Source of the DNA: Planctomycetota bacterium | GTDB lineage: Bacteria > Planctomycetota > PLA2 > JAEUHO01 | Direction: 5' to 3' | DNA length: 64,000 nt | NCBI GenBank assembly: GCA_965223505.1 | Contig: CBDCWP010000044.1 | Coordinates: 1-64,000 of the forward strand | Shown: positions 35,420 through 43,739 of the stretch, piece after piece | Numbering within the stretch: position 1 is the stretch's first letter | How the letters are laid out: each line of letters begins with the position of its first letter | The notes under the pieces: model-generated | The model's input: the letters and a program-made list of their open reading frames with translations, nothing else | What the model was told of the DNA's origin: nothing | Database searches by the model: none | Translations under genes and position numbers: made by a program

Positions 35420-37276
35420 ATGAAACCGGCCGTCGTCCTCCTCCTGGTGCTCCTCTGCGCGCTGGCGGGCGGCGCGCCCGCCGAATCCGACGAACCGCAG
35501 CCGCTGTTCACCAATGTCGCGAAGGCGCTGGGGCTCGACGGCGTGCGGGCCAAGGACTGTGTCTTCACGGACGTGAACGGGGACGGATTCTGGGACCTGT
35601 GTCTGGACCGGCGGCGGCTGTACCTGAGTGAGGGCGGACGACGATTCGTGGCGCACGAGGCGTCCGGCATCGTCTTTCCCGAGATCCGGCGCGTGCCCGT
35701 CGGCCCGGACGGCGCGCCGCACGTCGAGAAGACGTCCACCGGCGCGTACGTCCCGCAGTACCTCTACTTCGCCGACGTGGACAACGACGGCGATCAGGAC
35801 GCGCTGTGGGGCGTCAAGTCGTGGTGGGAGGCGTTCGACGAGGCGGCGCAGACGTGGCGCTACGTGTGGTCGTGCGACCCGTTCGTGCGCAGCACCGTGT
35901 ACCTCAACGACGGCGCCGGGCGGTTCACGCCGGCCAGGCCGTCGAACTACAGCGCGCCGGCGTCGTGGGGACCGGTGATGGCCCTCGCGATCTGCGACGT
36001 GGACAACGACGGCAACCTCGACCTGTTCGAGGGGCGCGAGTACCGGCAGTACGGGCAGCTCTACGGCTGCGGCGTCGATCGTCTGTTTCGCGGCGACGGC
36101 GAGGGCGGCTTCACCGACGTGACCCGCGCGGCGGGCCTGTACACCGTGCCGGAGCCGGCCCGCGAGAACTCGTCGCGCCCGACGTACGGCGTGACGCACT
36201 GCGACTGGGACAACGACGGCGATCAGGACCTGCTGCAGCTCTCCTACGGACGGCAGTGGAACTACCTGTGGCGCAACGACGGCGACGGCACGTTCACCGA
36301 CGTCGGCAAGGCCACGAGCTTCGCGGCGGACGACATCACACACGGCCGGTACCCGGCAGCCGTCCAGCAGCTCATGAAGGAACGCGGCCTGCCGCCGCGC
36401 GAGGACGAGAAGCCGTTTCGCAGCAACGGCAACACGTTCGACTTCGCGATCGGCGACTTCGACAACGACGGCGACCTCGACGGGTTCATGGGGGAGATCG
36501 CACACTGGTGGGCGGGCGAGGCGTCGGACCTCCCGTCCATTCTCGTCAACGGCGGGAAGGCGAACGACTTCCGGTTCGCGCGCAGGACCGTCCGCGAGAT
36601 GTTGCCGGAGCGGACCTTCCGTAGCGAGCGCTGGAACTTCGGCGACCTGCACGCCGCCTGGCTCGACTACGACAACGACACGCGGCTCGACCTGTTGATC
36701 GGGTCCGGCGACTACCCCGACGGACAGTTCCTGCGGCTGTATCGCCAGACCGCCGACGGCACGTTCGACGAGGTGACGGAGATCGCCGGTTTCGACTGGG
36801 AGGGCTGCGGCAGCCTGAGCATCGGCGACTACGACCGCGACGGGGACGTGGACATCCTGGCGGGGCGTTCCTTCATGCGCCTGGACCAGGCGCATCGCGA
36901 CAAGTACATGGGCGGCATCGCGGTCAATGCGGTCGGGCTGTTTCGCAACGACGTGGCCGATCGCAACGGCAACCACTGGCTGAACGTGCGCTTGCGCGGC
37001 AAGGGCGCAGGCGGTTCGAACCGAAGCGGCCTGGGGGCGCGCGTCGAGGTGACGACGGGAGAGGTGACGCAGATCCGGGAGCTACGGGGCGGCAGCGGGC
37101 TTTCGAATCACCAGGATCCGCCCGAAGCGTGCTTCGGTCTCGGGACGGCGACGGTCGTGGATCGTCTGGTGGTGCGCTGGCCCCGCCGGGATCGAACGCC
37201 GCAGGTGTTCACGAACGTCCCGGCGGACCGGTTCGTCGTCGTCGTCGAAGACCGGGCGATGTTGGTGTTCCCGTAG
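35420..37276 (+). CDS. CRTAC1-like FG-GAP repeat protein with ASPIC/UnbV C-terminal domain
   Basis: Signal peptide; seven DxD/NxDGDxD-type repeats; NHWLNVRLRG..SNRSGLGARV..FGLG..VRWP. Confidence 0.92.
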   Translation: MKPAVVLLLVLLCALAGGAPAESDEPQPLFTNVAKALGLDGVRAKDCVFTDVNGDGFWDLCLDRRRLYLSEGGRRFVAHEASGIVFPEIRRVPVGPDGAPHVEKTSTGAYVPQYLYFADVDNDGDQDALWGVKSWWEAFDEAAQTWRYVWSCDPFVRSTVYLNDGAGRFTPARPSNYSAPASWGPVMALAICDVDNDGNLDLFEGREYRQYGQLYGCGVDRLFRGDGEGGFTDVTRAAGLYTVPEPARENSSRPTYGVTHCDWDNDGDQDLLQLSYGRQWNYLWRNDGDGTFTDVGKATSFAADDITHGRYPAAVQQLMKERGLPPREDEKPFRSNGNTFDFAIGDFDNDGDLDGFMGEIAHWWAGEASDLPSILVNGGKANDFRFARRTVREMLPERTFRSERWNFGDLHAAWLDYDNDTRLDLLIGSGDYPDGQFLRLYRQTADGTFDEVTEIAGFDWEGCGSLSIGDYDRDGDVDILAGRSFMRLDQAHRDKYMGGIAVNAVGLFRNDVADRNGNHWLNVRLRGKGAGGSNRSGLGARVEVTTGEVTQIRELRGGSGLSNHQDPPEACFGLGTATVVDRLVVRWPRRDRTPQVFTNVPADRFVVVVEDRAMLVFP

Positions 37277-37435
37277 GGGCGACCCTCGTGGTCGCCCAAT
37301 GAAGTGCGTTCAACCCCCGCTTGGGCAGCCACAAGGGCTGCCCCTACGTGCGAAAGGCCTGTAGGGGAGACCCTTGTGGTCGCCCAATGCAGTGCGTTCA
37401 ACCCCTGCTCGGGCAGCCACAAGGGCTGCCCCTAC
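37273..37435. repeat. Four GTAG-type REPs arranged as two tandem inverted doublets (REPIN-like)
   Basis: Copies at 37273-37297, 37323-37347 (inverted), 37361-37385 and 37411-37435 (inverted). 88-bp period with near-identical 25-nt spacers. Confidence 0.92.
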
Positions 37436-38691
37436 GTCGCTTCCCGCATGAGGTTGCGCGCCAACAACCGCACCGCGCCGCGCTCGTCGGCCTTGCGCAC
37501 GATCAACCGCAAGCCCGGCGGCAGCTCGACCTCGTCGTCCTTCACGGGGATGCGCGCCAAGCGCTCCTGCAACAACCCGTTGACTGTGGTGTTCTCTTCC
37601 TCGTGGCTCTCAAAGTCGACCGGGCACTGCAGGAACCGCGCGACGTCGCGCACGCGCGTGAGGCCGTGAATCAGCGCCGCCGTTCGCGACACCCGCTTCA
37701 CCAGTCCCTCGGAGACGTCGTTGTCGTCGATCGCCTCGCCGACGAGCTCCTCGACAAGGTCGTCCATCGTGATGATGCCCTCGGTCACGCCGTACTCGTC
37801 GATGACGACCGCCATCTTCCCGTGCCCGGCCTGCAGGTCGCACAGCACGTCGTCGACCTTCTTCGACATCGGCAGGAAGAGTGCCGGCTCCATCGTCTCC
37901 CCGACCGTCTTGCTCTCGTTGCCCTTGACCAGCTCGGCGAGCGCGCCATGGATCGGCAGCGTGCCCGTGACGGTGTCGAGGTCGTTCTCGTAGACGGGGA
38001 ATTGGCTGTGGTTCGAGGTCAACAGCTCGTCCCGGATCTCTCCGAGCGTCTGTCCCGCCTCGAACGCGTGCACCAGCTTGCGCGGCGTCATGACGTCGGC
38101 CGCCGTGATGTCGTCGAGGCGGAAGACGCGCCGGATCAGTTCGGCCTCCTCGGGATCGATGTGCCCTTCTTCCTGGCCGAGGCGGGCCAGCTCGCGAATC
38201 TCGTGCTCCTGACCCGAGGTCACGCGGCTGCGCGGGCGCGCCCAGGACACGACGAACTCCACCATCATCACGAGCGGCGTGAGGATGCGCCGCACCCACA
38301 CGAGCACCGGCGAGACCCGCCCGGCGATCAGCTCCGGGAGCGCCTCGCCCAGGACTTTCGGGACGATCTCGCCGAACGCGATGATCAGGAATGTCCACAG
38401 GCAGAGAAACCCCGACATCCATGCCGGGCTGTCGAGCGGGTGGACCGTGACGGCGACGGCGGAGATCGCGCCCGTGCCGCCGATCGCGAAGACGTTGTTG
38501 AGGAAGACGATCGAGGCCAGCGTGCGACCCGGGTCGCGGCGCAGCTGTAGCAGGCGCTTCGCCCAGCGGTCCCCGGCCTCGATACGAACGCGAATGCGCG
38601 CCTGGCTCGAGGAAAGCAACGCGGCTTCACTCAGCGAGCAGAAAAAGGATCCCGCCAGGGTGATGAGGCAATAGACGGCGAGTTCGATCAT
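37432..38691 (-). CDS. CNNM/hemolysin-family CBS-domain protein (DUF21-CBS-CorC)
   Basis: FFCSLSEAALLS, FGEIVPK, VMTPR, HSQFPV and VIDEYG...DLVEELVGE motifs. Confidence 0.93.
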   Translation of the reverse strand: MIELAVYCLITLAGSFFCSLSEAALLSSSQARIRVRIEAGDRWAKRLLQLRRDPGRTLASIVFLNNVFAIGGTGAISAVAVTVHPLDSPAWMSGFLCLWTFLIIAFGEIVPKVLGEALPELIAGRVSPVLVWVRRILTPLVMMVEFVVSWARPRSRVTSGQEHEIRELARLGQEEGHIDPEEAELIRRVFRLDDITAADVMTPRKLVHAFEAGQTLGEIRDELLTSNHSQFPVYENDLDTVTGTLPIHGALAELVKGNESKTVGETMEPALFLPMSKKVDDVLCDLQAGHGKMAVVIDEYGVTEGIITMDDLVEELVGEAIDDNDVSEGLVKRVSRTAALIHGLTRVRDVARFLQCPVDFESHEEENTTVNGLLQERLARIPVKDDEVELPPGLRLIVRKADERGAVRLLARNLMREAT

Positions 38692-38766
38692 CGGATGCCG
38701 ACGATGTCGGCCGGTCGCGCTCCCACGTAGGATGTCTGGCCGCGTACTTTATCAAGGAGCACACCC

Positions 38767-41040
38767 GTGGCCCGCATTCCGCGCATGGACGTCCTCAACA
38801 CGCCGATCAAGGCGTTGCTGGGGCTCGGGATCGGGTTGTTGATCGCGGCGGTCTTGTGGTGGTTGCGCGACACGAAGGCCCTGGAGATCGCCGAGCTCAA
38901 TCTCGTCGACGTCCGTACCCGGCACTTCGTCGGGACCCGCAATCCGGACTCGCGCATCATCCTCTCCGTGGTGAACGAAAACGACGTGCGGGACATGGCG
39001 GCGCTGCGCGGACACAAGTGGCCGTGGCCGCAGGGCGAGGTCCAGGCGGGCGCGCCCCAACTCCTCAAGGCGGCCGGCGCGAAGGCACTCCTTCTGGACT
39101 TCCTGTTCCTCGACAGCGGCAAGGACCCGAGCGAACTTGCCGAGGACATGCGCGGCATGTGGCTCGCCCAGACCCAGTTGGAAGCCGAGGAAGCGCAAGC
39201 GCTCGGCGCGTCGCTCCGCGACTTCGGCGGAGGCGTCGTCGGGTTCAACAATCCCAGGGACGCGATCTGGGAGACACCTCTGCGTCGTCCACTGGCTCTG
39301 GAGCGGCTGGCGTTCTCCAAGAGCGACGACGTGGACATCGTTTCCAGTCGGCGCCTGGAGCGCCCGAAAGCGAATCTGCCGGTTCCAGGTGTGTTGGCCG
39401 GCGCACGGCTGCTCGGTCTGGTCAACATGCTCACGGATGACGACGGCATCGTGCGGCAGTCGGCCATTGCCGGAACGTGGGGCGGGCGCAAGGTGCCGAC
39501 GGCGGGCGCGGCAGCGGCTTCGATCTTCGTCGACGGCGAGGTGGTGTTCGATGGCGGCAGCGTGCGTTTCGGCGACTTCGAGCAGCCGCTGTCGGAAGAC
39601 GGCACCTTCCTAGTCAACTTTCGAGACTGGACGGGCGACGGGTTCGATACGGTCTACGCATACGACCTCATGGACGCGTACTACTATCTCGACGAGACCA
39701 ACAAACCTGATACGCCGCAGGATCTGGCCGATTGGAACGAGAGTCGCAAGCACGCGCTCGCTCTCAAGGACAAGCTCGAGGGCAAGATCGTCATCTACGG
39801 GGTGAATTTCGGCGCCGCGGAAGACGTCGTGGCGACGCCCACGTCCGAGCAGTACCTGGGCCCCGCTTTCCACGCGACCGTGATCGACAACCTGCTGCAC
39901 GGTGACGGACGGGTACGCGTCGCCGCCAGCACCAACACGCTCGTCCTCTTCGGTTTGTGCGCGGTGCTCGGCGTGTTCGGCGCGACGACCCGTCGGCGTT
40001 GGTTGCCGCACGCGCTGCCGCCCGTCGTCGCGATCGGCCTCGGGTGGATCGCGTTCTGGATGTTCGAAGGCGGCCGCTCGATCGACCTGGTGACTCCCTG
40101 GATGGGCATTCTGTTCACGTGGGTCGCAACCAGCGCACTCCGTCTGGTCACCGAGGGCCGCCGCAACAAGTGGCTCGAGAACACGTTCGGGCGGTACCTG
40201 TCGCCCGAAGTCATCGCAGCGCTCAAGGACGACCCGACGCGGCTGGCGCTCGGCGGACGCCGGCGCGACCTGACGATCTTCTTCAGCGACGTCGCCGGGT
40301 TCACGTCGCTCTCCGAGAAGCTCATGGCCGAAGAGGTCGTGCTGCTGCTCAACCGGTACCTCACCGGACAGTCCGAAGAGGTCATGTCCCAGAACGGCGT
40401 CATCGACAAATTCGAGGGCGACGCGATCATGGCGTTCTTCGGCGACCCGCTGGACATGCCGGACCACGCCGTGCACGGCTGCCGCGCCGCCGTGCGCTGC
40501 ATGAACGCGCTGCCGAAGCTCGAGCCGCTGTGGCGCGAGTTCGGCCTCGAGGGATTCGCCATTCGCATCGGGCTCAACTCGGGCCACGCGCTGGTCGGCA
40601 ACATGGGCAGCGAGCGGCGCTTCGACTACACGTGCATGGGCGATCCCGTGAACCTCGCGGCGCGGCTCGAAGGCGCCAACAAGGCGTTCGGCTCGAAGAT
40701 CATGATCGGCCCGCAGACCTACGACGACGCCAAGGACCACATCCTCGCCAAGCGCCTGGCCGACCTCGTCGTGGTGGGCAAGAAGCAGGCGGTGGCTGTC
40801 TACGAGCTCGTCGCCATGGCCGACGACGCGACGGACGAGCAGCGGGCCCACGTCGAGGCGTTCAACCGGGCGCACGAGGCCGCCCGCGCGGGGGACCCTG
40901 CGGCCGCCCGGGCGGCGCTCGACGAGGCGGAGGCCCATGCGCCGGGTGACGGGCCGGTCGCCTGGCTGCGGGGACTCGTCGACGAGCTGGAGGCTGAAAA
41001 CAGGGCCTGGGACGGTTCGTACACTCTCGACCGCAAGTAA
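38767..41040 (+). CDS. CHASE2-domain class III adenylate/guanylate cyclase
   Basis: WPWP and DDDGIVR (CHASE2); 3 TM segments; FSDVAGFT, DKFEGDAIMAFFG, RIGLNSG and GDPVNLAARLE. Confidence 0.95.
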   Translation: MARIPRMDVLNTPIKALLGLGIGLLIAAVLWWLRDTKALEIAELNLVDVRTRHFVGTRNPDSRIILSVVNENDVRDMAALRGHKWPWPQGEVQAGAPQLLKAAGAKALLLDFLFLDSGKDPSELAEDMRGMWLAQTQLEAEEAQALGASLRDFGGGVVGFNNPRDAIWETPLRRPLALERLAFSKSDDVDIVSSRRLERPKANLPVPGVLAGARLLGLVNMLTDDDGIVRQSAIAGTWGGRKVPTAGAAAASIFVDGEVVFDGGSVRFGDFEQPLSEDGTFLVNFRDWTGDGFDTVYAYDLMDAYYYLDETNKPDTPQDLADWNESRKHALALKDKLEGKIVIYGVNFGAAEDVVATPTSEQYLGPAFHATVIDNLLHGDGRVRVAASTNTLVLFGLCAVLGVFGATTRRRWLPHALPPVVAIGLGWIAFWMFEGGRSIDLVTPWMGILFTWVATSALRLVTEGRRNKWLENTFGRYLSPEVIAALKDDPTRLALGGRRRDLTIFFSDVAGFTSLSEKLMAEEVVLLLNRYLTGQSEEVMSQNGVIDKFEGDAIMAFFGDPLDMPDHAVHGCRAAVRCMNALPKLEPLWREFGLEGFAIRIGLNSGHALVGNMGSERRFDYTCMGDPVNLAARLEGANKAFGSKIMIGPQTYDDAKDHILAKRLADLVVVGKKQAVAVYELVAMADDATDEQRAHVEAFNRAHEAARAGDPAAARAALDEAEAHAPGDGPVAWLRGLVDELEAENRAWDGSYTLDRK

Positions 41041-41115
41041 AGCGCTCGTTTGCGTCCAGTCATTGCCACGTGTGCGATGCCCCCGTAGCCTGACGGGGTT
41101 GAGGAGGACATTCTG

Positions 41116-41745
41116 ATGCGACTCGTAGCTGTTCTCGCGGTTGTGGCCGCGTCCGTCATCTGGCCGAACCTGGAGCCCGCGGCGGCGGATCCCGCCGACA
41201 TCGAGGTGGGCGCCCAGCGCGCGATCCTGTCACGCAACGGCACCCCGATCGTGGCGGAGCCCAAGATCCGGGCCAAGGCCGTCAAGGTCCTGCCTCACGG
41301 AACGCGCGTCCGCGTCGACGAGGTCCAGGGCGCCTGGCTGCGTGTGACCGTGTTCGAGAACGACACCCCCGGCGAGACGGGCTGGCTGCGCGCGAACAAG
41401 ACGGTCGAGCCCTTCGCGTTGACGCAGGGTGGCCAGTACCGACGGGGCGCACGTCCGCGCGGTACGCGTTCCATCAGCGCGCGGGATCGGACGGCCGCCG
41501 GACGGCAGCTCGACGAGTCCTCCGAGAAGACCCACAAGCAGGCGAGCAGCGCCGAGATTCGTCGTGCCTACGACCTGCTCGACAAGATCGAGGCGACCAA
41601 GCCGACGGTCGAAGAGATCAACGACTTCCGTGCGCAAGGCAGGCTCGGGCGGCCGTCCGTTGCGCGCGTCGTCAAGCAGCCCGTCGTCGAGCCGGAAGCG
41701 CCGGCCGAGGAAGCGCCGGCCGGTGAATCGGCAGGGGGGAAGTAG
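41116..41745 (+). CDS. Exported SH3b-domain protein
   Basis: Signal peptide; VKVLPHGTRVRVDEVQGAWLRV..TGWL. GAGGAGG RBS upstream. Confidence 0.8.
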   Translation: MRLVAVLAVVAASVIWPNLEPAAADPADIEVGAQRAILSRNGTPIVAEPKIRAKAVKVLPHGTRVRVDEVQGAWLRVTVFENDTPGETGWLRANKTVEPFALTQGGQYRRGARPRGTRSISARDRTAAGRQLDESSEKTHKQASSAEIRRAYDLLDKIEATKPTVEEINDFRAQGRLGRPSVARVVKQPVVEPEAPAEEAPAGESAGGK

Positions 41746-42750
41746 ATGCGAGCGATCGCTCTTCTCGCGCTGACGCTCAGCGCGTGCAGCGCCGGCGACG
41801 TCGCCGGCAACATCGTGGGTGGCGGTGTCGGTGGCCGGTGGGGCGACGTCGCGCGCGCGGCCGTCGGCGGCGCCGTCGACAGCGTGCAGCAACTCAACAC
41901 CAAGTACTCCCCTGAGCAGGAGTACTACCTCGGCCGTGCCGTCGCCGCGGCGGCGGTGGCCCGCTACGGCCTCGACCCGAACGAGCTGTACCAGCAGTAC
42001 GTGCGCAACGTCGGCGCCACGCTCGTCGCGACTTCGGAGCGCCTGAAGGGAACGTACGGCGGCTACCACTTCGCCGTGCTCGACACCGACGAGGCCAACG
42101 GCATCAGCGGACCGGGCGGATACGTCTTCGTCACCCGCGGCGCGTTCGAGCGCTGCCAGAGCGAGGACGAGCTGGCCGGCATCCTGGCGCACGAGCTCGC
42201 GCACGTGAGCCTGCAGCACGGCGAGGCCGTGATTCGCTCCGGCCGCACGCACCAGGCCGCCATGGCGACGCTGTTCCGCGTCGCGAGCGCGGCGGGCGGC
42301 GCGGACCAGTCCGCGCTGACCGGCGGCATGGCCAAGTACATGGGCGAGGTCGCGGGCGACCTGGTTCGTACGTTGGCGGAAGACGGCTACGGCCACGATC
42401 TCGAGTACGAGGCGGACTACGAGGGCACGCTGATCCTCTACGACGTCGGCTACGACGCGTCGTCCGTCCAGGACTACCTGAAGGCGACGCCGAAGCGCAA
42501 GCAGGGCACCTGGTCCACGCACCCGCCGGCGGCGGCGCGCATCGCGCGGTTGCAGGAGACCGTCGACACGTACGGCGGCCCCTTCGACGGCGGTGTCGGC
42601 AAGGCGGCGCGCACGGCGCGCTTCCGGAACATCCTCGCAGGCATCGTCACGGACACCGACGCGGGCGAGACGGCGCCGCCGACCGAAGAGGGGGAGGCCG
42701 GCATGCCGCCGCTTCCGCCGCCGCCGATTCCCTTGTCGCCGGACAACTAG
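41746..42750 (+). CDS. M48-family zinc metallopeptidase lipoprotein
   Basis: Lipobox LSAC; PGGYVFVTRG, EDELAGILAHELAHV, EYEAD and STHP motifs. Confidence 0.92.
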   Translation: MRAIALLALTLSACSAGDVAGNIVGGGVGGRWGDVARAAVGGAVDSVQQLNTKYSPEQEYYLGRAVAAAAVARYGLDPNELYQQYVRNVGATLVATSERLKGTYGGYHFAVLDTDEANGISGPGGYVFVTRGAFERCQSEDELAGILAHELAHVSLQHGEAVIRSGRTHQAAMATLFRVASAAGGADQSALTGGMAKYMGEVAGDLVRTLAEDGYGHDLEYEADYEGTLILYDVGYDASSVQDYLKATPKRKQGTWSTHPPAAARIARLQETVDTYGGPFDGGVGKAARTARFRNILAGIVTDTDAGETAPPTEEGEAGMPPLPPPPIPLSPDN

Positions 42751-42753
42751 CGT

Positions 42754-43542
42754 TCAGCTCGTCGTCACGCCCTCGGTGCCGACGTCCAACACCTCGTCTT
42801 GTTCGAGGATGCGGATGCGGTCGTCGCCGAACGTCTTCAGCGTCTCGATGATGCTCTCGCCGTAGCCCGGCTTGCGGTGCATCACGTAGACCGGAACGTC
42901 GACGGTCAGCTTCTCGAGGTCCGCACGCAGGAGCGAGGGCGTCATGTGCTTGCTCGCGAGCGCCAGCTCCGTCAGCTTGTCGGTGAAGCTGCACTCGACG
43001 AGGATGCCCTTCAGGTCCGGCTCCTCGTTCGCGAACGCCCAGATGGCGTCCGTCGTGCAGGTGTCCCCGCAGACGATCAACGACGCGCCGTCCGCGCGAA
43101 CGCGGTATCCCTGGCACGGGACCGTGTGGTTGAGCGGAATCGACTGGATGTCGTACCGGTCGAGCACGCGGGCGCTGTCGCCCGCTTCCACGTCGTGGAA
43201 GTCCACGAGATTGCGACCCTCGATCTTCGACGACGTGAAGTCCGGCCAGATGCGGTCGTTGAACAGATGGTCACGGATGGTGACCATCGTGTAGTTGTCG
43301 GCGTAGACGTGGCAGGTGGGCACGGCCGCGCCGAAGCGATTGGCCAGGAAGAGCGGGAAGCTCCAGACGTGGTCGAGATGTCCGTGCGTGAACGCGACGG
43401 CCTCGACGGCGCGCTGGCCGTCTACCGAGAGACCCGTCGTGAGCGCGCCCGCGTCGATGGCGAAGACGCCGTCGAAGAGATAGCAGGACAGGCGCCGATC
43501 CGGCGCGCTCCCGCCCGCACAACCAAGAACTCGAAGCCGCAT
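42754..43542 (-). CDS. Class II 3',5'-cyclic-nucleotide phosphodiesterase (MBL fold)
   Basis: VLGCAGG, IDAG, THGHLDHV, HLFNDRIWPDF, HTVP, ECSF and HMTP motifs. Confidence 0.88.
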   Translation of the reverse strand: MRLRVLGCAGGSAPDRRLSCYLFDGVFAIDAGALTTGLSVDGQRAVEAVAFTHGHLDHVWSFPLFLANRFGAAVPTCHVYADNYTMVTIRDHLFNDRIWPDFTSSKIEGRNLVDFHDVEAGDSARVLDRYDIQSIPLNHTVPCQGYRVRADGASLIVCGDTCTTDAIWAFANEEPDLKGILVECSFTDKLTELALASKHMTPSLLRADLEKLTVDVPVYVMHRKPGYGESIIETLKTFGDDRIRILEQDEVLDVGTEGVTTS

Positions 43543-43739
43543 CGGCGCAGAGCCTACCCGACGCGGCGTGTTCCAACAGGCGATTTGTGCCGGGCACGCA
43601 CCGTTCCGGTTGACCCGTTTGTCCTCTGATCGGTAGGATGGAAATGGGAGCGAGGCCGCAACCGAGCGGGTCGCTCCGCTTTCATGTCCGACGGGCGCCG
43701 CAGAACGCACCGGGCGCCCATCAGCGGGAGGGAACGGCG

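Noticed and set aside
35330..36976. N-terminal 549 aa of the 1892-aa ORF as part of the macroglobulin
   Set aside because: It is antisense to the CRTAC1-like gene. The real start is ATG 35329, with a GGAGG RBS and a signal peptide.
37273..37435. CRISPR array
   Set aside because: The repeats alternate in orientation, the spacers are near-identical, and there are no cas genes. This fits REP doublets.
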